Shown here: positions 63,961 to 64,000 of the stretch, piece after piece
Layout: each line of letters opens with the position of its first letter
How positions within the stretch are numbered: position 1 is the stretch's first letter
Source of the DNA: Octopus bimaculoides
Taxonomy: Eukaryota
DNA length: 64,000 nt
Assembly (NCBI RefSeq): GCF_001194135.2
Contig: NC_068981.1
Coordinates: 152,632,668-152,696,667 of the forward strand
Reading direction: 5' to 3'
Notes under the pieces: model-generated
What the model was told of the DNA's origin: nothing
Databases searched by the model: none
Seen by the model: only the letters and a program-made list of their open reading frames with translations
Program-made: the position numbers and the translations under genes

Positions 63961-64000
<40 letters not shown>

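Overview
Eukaryotic, AT-rich, repeat-dense genomic DNA with many assembly gaps (N runs). The SINE, microsatellite and reflectin content points to a coleoid cephalopod, most likely an Octopus short-read scaffold; the species is an inference. The only host protein-coding content I can support is a cluster of three reflectin loci (Met/Tyr/Asp-rich structural-colour proteins with the repeated (M/F)D-X5-MD-X5-MD motif): locus A (minus, about 31.6-32.9 kb), locus B (plus, 42.2-43.8 kb; internally expanded, with 7 in-frame stops and a frameshift) and locus C (plus, 59.9-61.1 kb). Each locus has, 1.5-6.3 kb upstream of its coding exon, a homologous block with a conserved distal motif, a TATATAAA box, a short non-coding exon and an identical TTAAG|GTGAGAC splice donor. 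This gives a shared gene model: non-coding exon 1, a 5'-UTR intron, then a single coding exon. A and C are almost identical in coding sequence but clearly diverged in their flanks. The rest of the window is tRNA-derived SINEs, decayed RTE, R4-type, Penelope and Gypsy retroelements, mariner and Chapaev-like transposon remnants, GGATC-ended foldback MITEs carrying TTAGGG arrays with 8-bp target-site duplications, and microsatellites. Most ORFs in the supplied track are microsatellite or gap artefacts. Coordinates and counts were read by eye and may be off by a few bases.
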